The notes under the pieces: model-generated | What the model was told of the DNA's origin: nothing | Databases searched by the model: none | The model's input: only the letters and a program-made list of their open reading frames with translations | Shown: one piece after another, positions 1 to 10,191 of the stretch | How positions within the stretch are numbered: the stretch's first letter is position 1 | How the letters are laid out: every line of letters starts with the position of its first letter | Translations under genes and position numbers: made by a program | Assembly (NCBI GenBank): GCA_963802945.1 | Contig: CAWDKY010000027.1 | Location: 148,347-212,346 of the forward strand | Length of the DNA stretch: 64,000 nt | Direction of reading: 5' to 3' | Source: an uncultured delta proteobacterium | GTDB taxonomy: Bacteria; Desulfobacterota; RBG-13-43-22

Positions 1-843
1 GAAATGGAGAAGCTTTAAGGGAATGAGCCCCTGATCGTGATACAAGGCCACCACTGCATCATAGCGGCCTTGAGCCGCCCAATAAAAAAGGGTATCCGGC
101 GGATAAGGACCGGAGATGCGCATTCCCTGCCCCTGGGCCGCTTGGATGGCCGGGACAATGATTGTTTTTTCTTCCGAACCGAAGGCTCCCTGTTCCCCGG
201 CATGGGGATTGAGTCCGGCCACGGCAATATGCGGTTCTTTAATTCCGAACCAGCGGGTCATGGTTTGATGAGTCAATTCAATGGTAGTGAGAATTTTTTT
301 GATATCCAGTATCCGGAGGGCCTTTTTAAGGGAGAGGTGGATGGTCACCAGACTGACCTTTAACCGCTGTCCGGCCAGCATCATGCCGAAGGACCGGGTT
401 TTGGACAGGTGGGCCAAATACTCGGTATGGCCGGTGAAGGTAGGACGTAAGTTTCGGATCATTTCCTTGCTGATGGGACAGGTGACCATAGCCTCCACCT
501 GGCCTTTTAAGGCCGCCTTTGCGGCCAGACGGATATAGTCTAAGGTCGAAGAGCCCCACTGGGGGTCAGGTCGTCCGGGAACGACCTGATCGACAGGCAA
601 GTTGGAGGCCTCATACAACCAGACCGATTCCTTAAAGTCTTCTGCCCGGCTGATTCTTCGAATCGATTTAATATGAAATGATTTTCCCATCCTTCGGGCG
701 GCTGCTTCCAGGACTTGCCGATCCCCGACGATCAGAGACCGGCAGGCTTGTTCGATCTGAGGATTGTCCAGGGCCTTGATGAGAATTTCCGGTCCGATTC
801 CGGCCGGATCTCCCATGGTGACGGCAATAAGGGGTTTATTCAT
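1..843 (-). CDS. pdxA: 4-hydroxythreonine-4-phosphate dehydrogenase PdxA (3' end outside window)
   Basis: Manual translation from ATG at 843 gives MNKPLIAVTMGDPAGIGPEILIKAL; same frame at the window edge reads YDAVVALYHDQGLIPLK; both are PdxA signatures. Absent from ORF track because no stop lies in the window. Confidence 0.92.
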   Translation of the reverse strand, partial: MNKPLIAVTMGDPAGIGPEILIKALDNPQIEQACRSLIVGDRQVLEAAARRMGKSFHIKSIRRISRAEDFKESVWLYEASNLPVDQVVPGRPDPQWGSSTLDYIRLAAKAALKGQVEAMVTCPISKEMIRNLRPTFTGHTEYLAHLSKTRSFGMMLAGQRLKVSLVTIHLSLKKALRILDIKKILTTIELTHQTMTRWFGIKEPHIAVAGLNPHAGEQGAFGSEEKTIIVPAIQAAQGQGMRISGPYPPDTLFYWAAQGRYDAVVALYHDQGLIPLKLLHF

Positions 844-978
844 TTTGGGTTCTTTGGGTTAAAAAATTGAATTTTTAATTATAATCGGAAAATCCTTTTT
901 TCACAAGTGCAATTTAAAAATCCCTGGAAGTATGATATTATTAAACAGAGGGTAAGATGGATTGCATTCAATACAGTA

Positions 979-1090
979 ATTTGTGAAAATCAGGATTTGG
1001 GGGTACAGACATTGTCAAGTGTGATGAGGGCTTCTTCCTGATATCCTCGACTTGCCATTTTTAAAAAAAGACAAGATTTCAAACGGTAAT
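979..1090. repeat. Dispersed ~110-bp intergenic repeat, copy 1 (inverted copy at 23593-23700)
   Basis: Begins ATTTGTGAAAATCAGGATTTG and ends ATTTCAAACGGTAAT; reverse complements of both ends bound 23593-23700; internal ATTGTCAAGT also shared. Confidence 0.75.
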
Positions 1091-1376
1091 AGAGATAAAT
1101 GGGCCCAAAAGTCTTTATGACCCCTCCTTTACCCCTTTTTTCTCCTTGACCGCTCTTATTTCTCATTTTATACTATTACAACTCAAAACAAAAATCTTAT
1201 CAAATAAGAGAAGTAATAGAGTAGGGCGAATGGGATCGGATATCGCATGATGATACCGAGGAGATTTGTCCTTACCCTTCCACCATTGAAAATACCATAT
1301 GGTTTTTTATTAGCTCTTTTTTAATACCTGGGAATAAATGATCCTATAATACAATGACAAGAAGGAGGTTGAGAAC

Positions 1377-2024
1377 ATGTTAGTCCGCGACATTATGACG
1401 AACAATGTTATTAGTATCCCCAGTGATACCCTGATGTTTGAAGCCGAGAAGATTATGGAGTTTCACAAAATCGAACGCCTTCCCGTCGTCGATAAGGGTA
1501 AACTGGTGGGGTTGGTGACCAAGGATATCCTTTTGAAGGCCGGCCCTTCGAAAGCTACCAGCTTTAGCCGCGGGGAAATCTACTATCTCCTGTCTAAGCT
1601 GATGGTCAAGGAAATCATGGTAACGGATGTGGTGACAGTCTCCCCTGATACTACCGTTGAGCAGGCAGCAACCAAGGCTCAGAAAAACAAAGTGGGTTGT
1701 CTGCCGGTCTTGGAAGATAATAAGGTAGTTGGGATAGTAACTACCAATGACTTCTTTTATAAGATACTGAATCCGCTTTTAGGAATTGGTGAGGGGGGCA
1801 AGCGGATAATCGTCCAGGGAGTTGGTGATCCAGAGGGGATGCAAAAGGTGCTCGAAACCGTGCGGAAAGGTGACATTGAGATAAAGAACTTCTGTTCCCT
1901 TTCGTCAAGCGGAGCTGGGAAAAATGATTTTGTTCTTCATCTGAACACCAATGATGTTGCCACCGTACTTAAACAACTTAAGGAGATGGGATTCAAGGCA
2001 GAAGAAAGGCCACATACGATCTAA
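1377..2024 (+). CDS. CBS-pair + ACT domain protein (AcuB-like)
   Basis: Two CBS repeats (VRDIMT..LPVVD..LVGLVT; VKEIMV..LPVLE..VVGIVT) plus C-terminal ACT-like region; AGGAGG RBS. Confidence 0.85.
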   Translation: MLVRDIMTNNVISIPSDTLMFEAEKIMEFHKIERLPVVDKGKLVGLVTKDILLKAGPSKATSFSRGEIYYLLSKLMVKEIMVTDVVTVSPDTTVEQAATKAQKNKVGCLPVLEDNKVVGIVTTNDFFYKILNPLLGIGEGGKRIIVQGVGDPEGMQKVLETVRKGDIEIKNFCSLSSSGAGKNDFVLHLNTNDVATVLKQLKEMGFKAEERPHTI

Positions 2025-2492
2025 GTTTCGGTTACAGGCGAGGAAAGGGGTCAGATCTCCGGTTGAATTATTGTCAAGGCTTTCCTTAAGATCGCATATC
2101 GCTCTTGCAGCCAACGATTAAATGATTTGATATATGGTTTCTATAGTCTCCCGAGGACTTCGTCAAAAAGAAAATATGGAAATACTCTCCAAGCCGCCTC
2201 ATCTGGCCGTGGGGCGGATTAAATATTTCAAATAGTAAATGTTAATTTTCGGAACAATCGCTTTAGAAGAGTTATAGGTGTATCGTTGAATTCAGTCCGG
2301 TGAGACCATTTTTAAAGAAATTTGAGGGCTTCTTCTGAAAAACCTTATTTCAAATAGTCCGGAAATTGTGTATATTAATAATAGTAGTCAATATTAAGGG
2401 GTAAAGCAGATAAGGATATTTATTGGAAGATAAAAAAATAGGTTAACTTAATCTTTTAATTATAAAATAGGTCAAGGGGAAGGCAGGTAATT

Positions 2493-2690
2493 ATGCTCGG
2501 TATAAATCAAGATTTGTTGGTTATTTTGATAATAGCCGCTTTTATCTTTGGGGCCAAAAAATTGCCTGAAATAGGTAAAGGCTTGGGGAAAGGAATCCAG
2601 GAGTTTAAAAAGGGTATCTCAGGACAAGAAGAAGAGCCAGCACCTAAACCCAAAGAAATTGAAAAAGACACGACTGATAAAAATGAATAG
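2493..2690 (+). CDS. tatA: Twin-arginine translocase TatA/TatE subunit
   Basis: N-terminal TM helix, then FGAKKLPEIGKGLGKGIQEFKKG amphipathic helix. Confidence 0.93.
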   Translation: MLGINQDLLVILIIAAFIFGAKKLPEIGKGLGKGIQEFKKGISGQEEEPAPKPKEIEKDTTDKNE

Positions 2691-2878
2691 GATAAGCATT
2701 GATTCAGTTTCTCCAATAGCAATAGGAATTAAATCGATCTGAAGTGCCTAATACTCGTTAGGAAAAAGTTATCTAGATTTTGGATAGACTCAAGATTATT
2801 ATAGGTCTCCGAATACCGAGGTAAAATAACCCTTCAGTCATGGCTAATATAATAATAGCATAACGGTGATTTGAAATA

Positions 2879-3685
2879 ATGGATCAAAGAATAATAGGGT
2901 GGAAAATAGGGATCAAAATCTTTTTTGTTATTGGAATTTTGTCTATAGGAATCTCGGCCTTTACCGGTGAACCGGCGCCGATTTCCCAACCTATACCCGG
3001 AAAGGGAAAGGTTTTCAATTTCACAGCGACCAAGTTAGGTATTCCATTTCTCAGGGCTACCATTAAGATTATTGAGGAATCGTCCTTAAAAAAAGATAAG
3101 CCTTTGGTTAAGATCCAGGCCATCTTCCAATCGTGTCCTTCCCTTGAATTACTATTTCGAATGAACAACCATTTCACCTCAACCCTGGAAAGTGGGACCT
3201 ACACCCCGGTGACTAACGTGAAAGAGATTGATCAGGGGGGGCTTTTAATTAAAAAGAAAAACTCTTTTCAGACCTTTACCTTCGATCCCCTTCATCAAAA
3301 GGTAGTGGTGGAAAGCAAAGAGAAAAAAGAGAGACAAGAGATAGCTCTTCCGCCTGATACCTATGATCCATTGTCCATGTTGGCCCGTTTCTATTTAAAA
3401 GAGGATTTGATTCCAGGGCAGGATATCACAATGTCTATTTTTGATGGCGAGAGATTGAGACAGCTCGTCTTCCATTCCAATAAGGAGAAGATTAAATCGA
3501 AAATGTATGGAGAGGTGGAGACTGTTCGGCTAGTATTAAAAACTTTTTTCTCAACCTTTCGAAATCAAGAGGGGACGATACGCATCTGGTTTACAACCGA
3601 TGGAAGTAAGACCCCGATTTTAATCGAAGAGTATCTTCCTGTTGGCAGGATCAGGTTTGAATTGGAGTCCGTCGAGGGGACCTGA
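2879..3685 (+). CDS. Exported DUF3108-like protein
   Basis: N-terminal hydrophobic segment; YDPLS..FY, SIFDG and IRIWFT.D...PILI motifs resemble DUF3108. Confidence 0.65.
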   Translation: MDQRIIGWKIGIKIFFVIGILSIGISAFTGEPAPISQPIPGKGKVFNFTATKLGIPFLRATIKIIEESSLKKDKPLVKIQAIFQSCPSLELLFRMNNHFTSTLESGTYTPVTNVKEIDQGGLLIKKKNSFQTFTFDPLHQKVVVESKEKKERQEIALPPDTYDPLSMLARFYLKEDLIPGQDITMSIFDGERLRQLVFHSNKEKIKSKMYGEVETVRLVLKTFFSTFRNQEGTIRIWFTTDGSKTPILIEEYLPVGRIRFELESVEGT

Positions 3686-3873
3686 ATTCGATCGAAGAAA
3701 ATTGTTCCGCTTCAATCTATCTTTTTCCCGGTAGTCGCTAAGTTGCAGGATTATTTTTTTGAAGACTTGAAGATGATCATTGAAATCGGTCTAGGGGGAA
3801 ATTTTTATTGAATTTGAGGATTACTTCCTGTATTCCTCAAGCTACCATTTTGAAAAAAAGGGGACATCCTTTT

Positions 3874-4965
3874 TTACAGAAGTTTGGTCCGTATCTCCCG
3901 CCGACGATCCCTGGAAATGGTCACAACCACCTCGGTCCCTTTGCCGGGTTCGCTGTCTACCTCAATTCGGCCTTTATGGTCGGTGATGATCCTTTTAGCC
4001 ATGGTCAGCCCCAATCCCAAATAATTAAACTTGGTGGTAAAAAAGGGATCGAAAATGAGAGGCAGGTTTTCGGCTGGAATTCCTTCCCCATTATCTTTAA
4101 TTCGAAAAGTCACCTGATCGCCTTTAATTTCTCCGAATAATGCCACTTCCTTCTGGAAGGAAACGGCCTCCAGAGCGTTTTGGATGATGCACTCCAATGC
4201 CCGGACGAGAAGAGCCAGATCTCCATAAAAATGGATCGGCGAGAGAGTCTCCAAAGAAGGAAACCTGATCTTAAACGGATTGGCCTCTAATAGGGCCTGA
4301 AAAGACTTTTGGGTCTCTTTAAAAATCAAAGACAGGGTGAGGGCATCGTAGCGGGCCAACGGTACTTGGGTGAATTCTGCCAATCGGTCAATGATGTATT
4401 CCAGATGCTTGGCCTCGTTTTGAATGATCTCGGTATAACGGGAGTACTCTTCTAATGTTCTCTGTTCTTTGGCCAGCCTGAGGGCAAAACCTCCTATCGA
4501 GGCAATAGGGTTCCGAATCTGATGGGCGATCTGGTCGGTCATTTTCCCCAAACCGGCAAAACGCTCTGAATCCAGATAGTCCTTTTCCAACTTTTTCAGT
4601 TGGGTGAGGTCTTGGAGGGTAAAAATTATCAGTTCCCGGTTTGAGACCTCTTCCTTGTATAGGGCAGTGGAAAGATTAATGAAAATGGGATCCCCATTCT
4701 TCCGGCCCAAAAGCGCCTCTCCTTCAAAACCAAGGCCGGACCTGGTTATTTTTAAAATATTGGGGAGAAAGACCCGGATGTCTTCGGGAAAAAAGAGGAC
4801 CTCTACATTCTGTCCGATTAAAAGTCCCTTAGAATAACCCAATAATTCTTCCGCCCATTCGTTGATTAAAAGGATTATCCCTTGCTGATCAAGGAGCAGG
4901 ATGCCGGTCTTGACGATCTCAACCAATCTGTTGAGCAATTTTTGAGTCCAGGGTATATACTCCAT
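3874..4965 (-). CDS. PAS-domain sensor histidine kinase
   Basis: PAS (INEWAEELLGY), H-box IAHQIRNP, N-box IIQNALEA, G1 DNGEGI, F-box FDPFFTTK, G2 GLGL. Confidence 0.93.
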   Translation of the reverse strand: MEYIPWTQKLLNRLVEIVKTGILLLDQQGIILLINEWAEELLGYSKGLLIGQNVEVLFFPEDIRVFLPNILKITRSGLGFEGEALLGRKNGDPIFINLSTALYKEEVSNRELIIFTLQDLTQLKKLEKDYLDSERFAGLGKMTDQIAHQIRNPIASIGGFALRLAKEQRTLEEYSRYTEIIQNEAKHLEYIIDRLAEFTQVPLARYDALTLSLIFKETQKSFQALLEANPFKIRFPSLETLSPIHFYGDLALLVRALECIIQNALEAVSFQKEVALFGEIKGDQVTFRIKDNGEGIPAENLPLIFDPFFTTKFNYLGLGLTMAKRIITDHKGRIEVDSEPGKGTEVVVTISRDRRREIRTKLL

Positions 4966-5017
4966 GGGCTATCTCCTGTGTTTTATCTTTTATCTTGCGC
5001 CGAACTCCTATTTCTTG

Positions 5018-5587
5018 TTAAGCCGTCGCCTTCATGGGAAAAGCCTTTAAAAAAAGGCTGTTTTCTTCCTGGCGTAAAAAATTCAACAGCCATTTCCGCA
5101 CTTTGGGGTGAGTTATGGGGATGCCCTCCAACTCCTTGCGAATTTCAGAGGAGTCCAGTCGAAATTCCTCTTCGTTGACTCTGTGGATATAGAGCCAATC
5201 CACTGGATTTTCAGCTAGAAGCACAGTCAGAAGGACTGAAGGTATATCGCCCAGGGGCGCCCGATCGATGTGACTATGACGAAAGGTGGCTTGAACTGTC
5301 GTCCCTTTCCCCGGCTTGGAAAAAATTTTCAGATCCCCTTCACAACGGCGGCAGGCTTCCAAAAACAAAGGAATCCCCAGGCCGATATGACGGGTTTTCC
5401 GGGTGGTATAAAAAGGGTCCAGGACTTTGGCCACCTGATCCTCGGACATGCCTCTCCCATTATCTCTGATTTCGATGAGCAATTGGTCTGCTTTCAAATT
5501 CTCATCGATGATGATATCAATCTTGGACGCACCGGCCTCAATTGAATTTTGAACGATGTCCAGGAGGTGCAGGGAAAGTTCTAACAA
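5018..5587 (-). CDS. Stand-alone HATPase_c (histidine-kinase-like ATPase) of the type found in hydrogenase-associated clusters
   Basis: ELSLHLLDIVQNSIEAGA, DNGRGM, DPFYTTR, GLGIP, HIDRAPLGD. Confidence 0.85.
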   Translation of the reverse strand: MLELSLHLLDIVQNSIEAGASKIDIIIDENLKADQLLIEIRDNGRGMSEDQVAKVLDPFYTTRKTRHIGLGIPLFLEACRRCEGDLKIFSKPGKGTTVQATFRHSHIDRAPLGDIPSVLLTVLLAENPVDWLYIHRVNEEEFRLDSSEIRKELEGIPITHPKVRKWLLNFLRQEENSLFLKAFPMKATA

Positions 5588-5629
5588 GGGATTTCAGATC
5601 TCCTTAAAACTGTTTAAACCCTTGGGGGA

Positions 5630-6421
5630 TCATTGATCAGGCCACTTTACCAGGACCTGCCTTCCTTCCTGACCCTCGAAAGCCAGGGTCATCTCTTTGA
5701 TACCCGGATGGGCCATCTTAAACTGGGTCCGATTTTGAATCTCGACCAGCCGATGGGCATCTCCATTGACAACGAGGCACCAATTCTTCAATTGGGGCCA
5801 CTCCAAGAAGTCCTTTGGGGGATTAAAATAAGGAGTAACCTCCAGAGCCTTTACGGGAAGGGTTTCGGGGATAAACCCGAGATTGGATAATAAACTGAAG
5901 GAAGGCCGGTTCACATGGGCCGGGATAGCCATGCCCCCAAGAGCGGCCACTTGATCTACAACCTCCTCCAGGGCCATGTCGGCCGCTTGGGCCAGTAACC
6001 GGTCTTCGGTTCGAAGCAATTCCCCGGCGGCATTGACTACATATTGCGGACCGAACAATGCCTCTTTGTTGGCCAAGGGGGACAATTTTTGAAAAACCTT
6101 TTCCTGCCACTGTTTACACGAATCAACCGTATCGAACAGGCAAAGAATGTGAACTTCCTCTCTGGACTGTAGTTCCATCCCCGGCAAAACATGGATGTTG
6201 GTCCCGACCGCCGCTTCCATAACCGCTTCCGCATTATAACAGGCATTATGATCGGTAATCGCGATGAGGTTTAAACCTTGCCTTTCTGCCTGCCACAGGA
6301 TCAAGGAAGGAATCATCTCAATTTCCGCACACCCCGACAGCACGGTATGAATATGGAGATCGGCCTTAAAAAGCTTCAATCCATCCGGATTATGAAGGGA
6401 GCTTTCCGGATCCTTATTCAC
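5630..6421 (-). CDS. PHP-domain phosphoesterase
   Basis: DLHIHT, AITDHN, PGMEL, IPAHV and DAH metal-binding motifs. Confidence 0.9.
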   Translation of the reverse strand: MNKDPESSLHNPDGLKLFKADLHIHTVLSGCAEIEMIPSLILWQAERQGLNLIAITDHNACYNAEAVMEAAVGTNIHVLPGMELQSREEVHILCLFDTVDSCKQWQEKVFQKLSPLANKEALFGPQYVVNAAGELLRTEDRLLAQAADMALEEVVDQVAALGGMAIPAHVNRPSFSLLSNLGFIPETLPVKALEVTPYFNPPKDFLEWPQLKNWCLVVNGDAHRLVEIQNRTQFKMAHPGIKEMTLAFEGQEGRQVLVKWPDQ

Positions 6422-6758
6422 CGCTGATCCCCAGAGAAACCAGTTGCCCGATAACAGAAAAGGTATTTTTAGGAGTAAGCAGCAAGATCACCTTTTCTTT
6501 TTCAGCTTGGGCGATGGTCTCGGGGGCAGGCTGGTTTCCTTCGGTAATGATGATACCGGCCAGATTGAGCAGACTGGCTATCGCTACCACATTGACGTGA
6601 GACTGAAGGGTAACCCAGAGAAAGTCTTTTCTCGCCCCACGCATAACACAACTCAGGAGGTCCGAGGCATATCCTCCCTCCACCGGACGATCCAACAACT
6701 CGCCTGAAGTGATCACCTTTAAGTTCAATTGTTCAATAACAGTCTGAAGGTTGATCAT
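6414..6758 (-). CDS. DRTGG-domain protein
   Basis: GGYASDLLSCVM..WVTLQSHVNVVAIASL..GIIITEG; ATG at 6758 preferred over the upstream TTG. Confidence 0.8.
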   Translation of the reverse strand: MINLQTVIEQLNLKVITSGELLDRPVEGGYASDLLSCVMRGARKDFLWVTLQSHVNVVAIASLLNLAGIIITEGNQPAPETIAQAEKEKVILLLTPKNTFSVIGQLVSLGISGE

Positions 6759-6893
6759 GGTATTTTTTCGGATTTTCCGCTCCTTTTTTTGGTTTTTCAA
6801 AATTAAAAAGCCAGGACTTTACCGCTTTTCTTTAAGCTTGGGTTCGATCATTTTTACTCTCAGAAAAAACCGGCAGGTCTTTTAGGAATACGA

Positions 6894-7793
6894 TTATAGC
6901 TTTATCAGAATATCCAATTGGGTCCCATTGTCCGGTTTTGATTCAATGGTAAAGGAATCAGCGCACTTTTGTATATTGGCCAAACCCATGCCCGCCCCAA
7001 AACCCAACTCCTGAATCCAGGCCGGGGCGGTTGAATATCCCGGGGCCATAGCCCGTTCCACATCGACGATTCCCGGCCCATGATCCGTAACCGTCATATG
7101 AATCAAATCAGGCTGAATTTCAGTAACCAATTCTCCACCTTGGTCGGTATGGATAATAAGATTCATTTCAGCTTCATAGGCACAAATGGCCACCCGTCGC
7201 AATATGGATGGGGGTATCCCCAGTTGCTCAAAAGCCTGTTTGATCTTGCTTGAGGCACTCCCGCCACTCTTGAAATCTTTCTCTTTGATATGATACCTGA
7301 GAATCAGGCTGGTCTGGTCCGAGACAATATATTCCTGATAATTTATCCGGGGTTCTCGTTTCACCTCGTCATTATGATAATGCAGACTGATGGCCTCCAA
7401 CAACCCCCTGGTGATATCGCTCCCGGTCAAAATGCCGGTCAAGTCCCCTTGCTCATTAATGACCAGAAGTCGACCAACTTGAAATTGAGAGAATTTTTTT
7501 ATGGCCTCAACGATAGATTCTTTTTCCATAACCGTAATCAACTTCCTGGTCATTCTTTGACTGACGGGCACGTTAAGCTCACCGGCTTCCAGGGCTTTGA
7601 TCAGATCCTCCATAGAGGCCACTCCGACCAGATGACCGCTATCCAACACCGGGACACCGGATATCCGATTGGTCTTCATAATTTCCTTCAATTCCTTGAT
7701 AGTAGTACCCGGCGAAACGGTTATGACCTTTTTCCGCATGACGTTTTCGATGGGCAAATTATAAATAAGTTCTTGTTTTTTTGTGAATTCCAA
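6894..7793 (-). CDS. CBS-pair + RsbW-like anti-sigma/Ser-Thr kinase fusion
   Basis: Two CBS domains, then RRVAICAYEAEMN, DHGPGI, GYSTA, GFGAGMGLANI. Confidence 0.88.
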   Translation of the reverse strand: MEFTKKQELIYNLPIENVMRKKVITVSPGTTIKELKEIMKTNRISGVPVLDSGHLVGVASMEDLIKALEAGELNVPVSQRMTRKLITVMEKESIVEAIKKFSQFQVGRLLVINEQGDLTGILTGSDITRGLLEAISLHYHNDEVKREPRINYQEYIVSDQTSLILRYHIKEKDFKSGGSASSKIKQAFEQLGIPPSILRRVAICAYEAEMNLIIHTDQGGELVTEIQPDLIHMTVTDHGPGIVDVERAMAPGYSTAPAWIQELGFGAGMGLANIQKCADSFTIESKPDNGTQLDILIKL

Positions 7794-7876
7794 TGGGAAG
7801 TACCCTCATTTAATTGGCTTAAGATGAAAAAAGAGTTATGTCCTCCAAGGCGGTCTAAATATTTCCTTTAACAAAA

Positions 7877-8233
7877 TCAAAGAGGCGTTAAGGGGACAGA
7901 AGCTACGCCCGCTTTATAGAGCATCCCACAGGATTCATACATACTGAAATTCGTGGTGATTAGAGGGATGCCCAGTTGTTCGGCCAACCGAACAGCCTCC
8001 GGGTCGGGGACCTTTCCCCGTACAAAGATAATAGCGGTTACATAGGCCATTTCCGCTGTTCTTACGGCTTGAAGATTTTTCAATCCGGTGAGAAGCACGG
8101 AGCCGGGAATCATATAAGCCAGGGCGTCGCTCATCAAATCCGTCGCCCCGCAAAATTTGATCTCTTTTTCCGGAATAGCCTTTTGCGTTACGACGGTCCC
8201 TTTCAAAATTTCAATAATTTTTTTTAGTTTCAC
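7877..8233 (-). CDS. DRTGG-domain protein
   Basis: GATDLMSDAL..LLTGL..QAVRTAEM..IIFVRGK; GTG start. Confidence 0.82.
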   Translation of the reverse strand: MKLKKIIEILKGTVVTQKAIPEKEIKFCGATDLMSDALAYMIPGSVLLTGLKNLQAVRTAEMAYVTAIIFVRGKVPDPEAVRLAEQLGIPLITTNFSMYESCGMLYKAGVASVPLTPL

Positions 8234-8541
8234 CAGTCTACATCCTTGAATAATTTATATTTTTTTAATCATATCAATATACCACACCCCTTCCAAATGA
8301 TCAAAAGGAAAATCAAATGATTCCTGAAATGAAATAACTTTCATAAATAACCGCCCCTTCTTTTTACTATAATAATTATTGCTGACATATCCTGCTAAAA
8401 ATGATATAATAAAACTTAAAAAAGACCTGGGGATGCCGATAAAGAACCCGGGATAAATATTTTTCAGGGAACTGCTCCCTGTTTCTAAAATACTTGCTTT
8501 GTTTTGCCAATCCAACAGAAACATGATGACAGGAGGTTGGA

Positions 8542-9129
8542 ATGAAAAAATTTTTATTGATCGGATTGATTTTTTCTCTGTGGGTTCTGAACTTGTCCGG
8601 ATGCGGCTATAACACCATCCAGACCAATGAAGAAGCGGTCAAAGCCGCCTGGGGAGATGTTGAGTCGTCTTATCAAAGAAGAAACGACCTGATCCCCAAC
8701 CTGGTCGAAGTGGTCAAGGGCTATGCCAAACATGAAAAGGAAACCCTGACGGCCGTTACCGAGGCCAGGGCCAAAGTGGGATCGATTCAAATGAGCAAGG
8801 ATATGTTGAACGACCCTAATGCCTTCAGCCAGTTTCAAAAGGCCCAGGGGGATATGAGCAGTGCCCTGTCCAAACTGATGGTCGTGGTGGAAAAATATCC
8901 GGACCTCAAGGCCAACCAGAATTTTCAAGACCTGCAACACCAACTGGAAGGGACAGAAAATCGAATTAATGTGGCCAGGGACCGCTTCAATAAGAAGGTT
9001 GCGGTTTTTAACAGCTCCATTCGTATCTTTCCCAATAATCTGACCAATAAATTTTTATTGGGCTTAAAACTCAAAGAGCCTTTTAAGGCCGAAGCCGGGG
9101 CTGAAAAAGCGCCAACAGTAAAATTTTAA
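8542..9129 (+). CDS. lemA: LemA family protein (probable lipoprotein)
   Basis: LSGC lipobox-like, [35 protein letters not shown]. Confidence 0.93.
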   Translation: MKKFLLIGLIFSLWVLNLSGCGYNTIQTNEEAVKAAWGDVESSYQRRNDLIPNLVEVVKGYAKHEKETLTAVTEARAKVGSIQMSKDMLNDPNAFSQFQKAQGDMSSALSKLMVVVEKYPDLKANQNFQDLQHQLEGTENRINVARDRFNKKVAVFNSSIRIFPNNLTNKFLLGLKLKEPFKAEAGAEKAPTVKF

Positions 9130-9256
9130 AAACAAAAGGGTTCAAGGGATCCGAAATTTTAGGATTCAAGCTGAAAGACTTTAGAAACCCCTTGAACCCT
9201 GGCCGCTGAGGCAGATGCGAATCCTTATTTATATTTTTGAAAAGAATGGTTAAAAA

Positions 9257-10129
9257 ATGAAAAAAGTCGCTCTGGTCTTGTCTTTTTTTCTATACGTCCT
9301 TCCCTCCCTGGTACAGGCCCTGGAGGTCCCCAGACTGCAGGACTATATCAATGATTATGCCTCCATGATCTCTCCGGCGGCCAAGTCCCAGCTGGAGAGC
9401 GAGTTAAAAGCCTTCGAACAATCCGATTCCACCCAGTTGGTCGTTTTAACAATTCCCTCGTTGGAGGGCGATACGATCGAAGGGTTCGGTATCAAGGTGG
9501 GCGATGTCTGGAAGATCGGCCAAAAAAACAAGGACAACGGAATCATCGTTGTCGTTGCCAAACAGGAACACAAGATACGAATTGAGGTCGGCCGAGGTCT
9601 GGAAGGCCGTTTGACGGATCTGTTGGCCGGAAGGATAGTGGACTTGGTCATAACACCCAGGTTCAAAAGAGGAGACTATGACGGCGGATTCCAGGCCGGA
9701 GTTTCCGCCCTCATCGACGCCACCCGAGGGGAATTTAAAGCCGACGAAGGGCATCCGGCAACTCAAAATAAGGGCGCCCCTTCATTCTTGACTTTTCTTA
9801 TTGCCGGTTTTGTCGCCCTTTTATTCATTGGCAGCCTTTCCCGTATTTTGGGAGGTATTGCCGGAACCGTTGGTTTACCGGCCTTGCTTCATTTCGGTCT
9901 TTTCCCCTTGGGAATAGTTTCGTTGATCCTTTCCGCCCTGGCCGGATTCGGGTTAGGGATGTTTTTGCCGTCTCTTTTTTCCAGTACCGGAATGGGGAAG
10001 GGAGGCGGATTTTGGCCTGGCGGATTTTTCCCAACCGGCGGTGGCGGCTGGGGCGGAGGGGACTCGGGGGGAGGTTTCTTCGGTGGTGGTGGGGGCTTCG
10101 GCGGCGGCGGGGCCTCCGGGGATTGGTGA
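9257..10129 (+). CDS. TPM-domain (YgcG-like) membrane protein
   Basis: Signal peptide, WKIGQK..DNG, RIEVG.GLEG, Gly-rich tail ending GGGGASGDW; follows lemA. Confidence 0.9.
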   Translation: MKKVALVLSFFLYVLPSLVQALEVPRLQDYINDYASMISPAAKSQLESELKAFEQSDSTQLVVLTIPSLEGDTIEGFGIKVGDVWKIGQKNKDNGIIVVVAKQEHKIRIEVGRGLEGRLTDLLAGRIVDLVITPRFKRGDYDGGFQAGVSALIDATRGEFKADEGHPATQNKGAPSFLTFLIAGFVALLFIGSLSRILGGIAGTVGLPALLHFGLFPLGIVSLILSALAGFGLGMFLPSLFSSTGMGKGGGFWPGGFFPTGGGGWGGGDSGGGFFGGGGGFGGGGASGDW

Positions 10130-10191
10130 GATCGAATTAAAGTTCAAGGTTCAAGGTGTGATAAAAAAACAAAATAATTCGGGTTGAGGAA

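Noticed and set aside
8328-8345. Rex operator upstream of the DRTGG cluster
   Set aside because: Palindrome ATGAAA-N4-TTTCAT has the wrong spacing for TTGTGAA-N4-TTCACAA.
9136-9202. AGGGTTCAAGGG..CCCTTGAACCCT palindrome as a terminator or novel RNA
   Set aside because: No U-tract, lies within the lemA operon; looks like an ordinary REP-type repeat.
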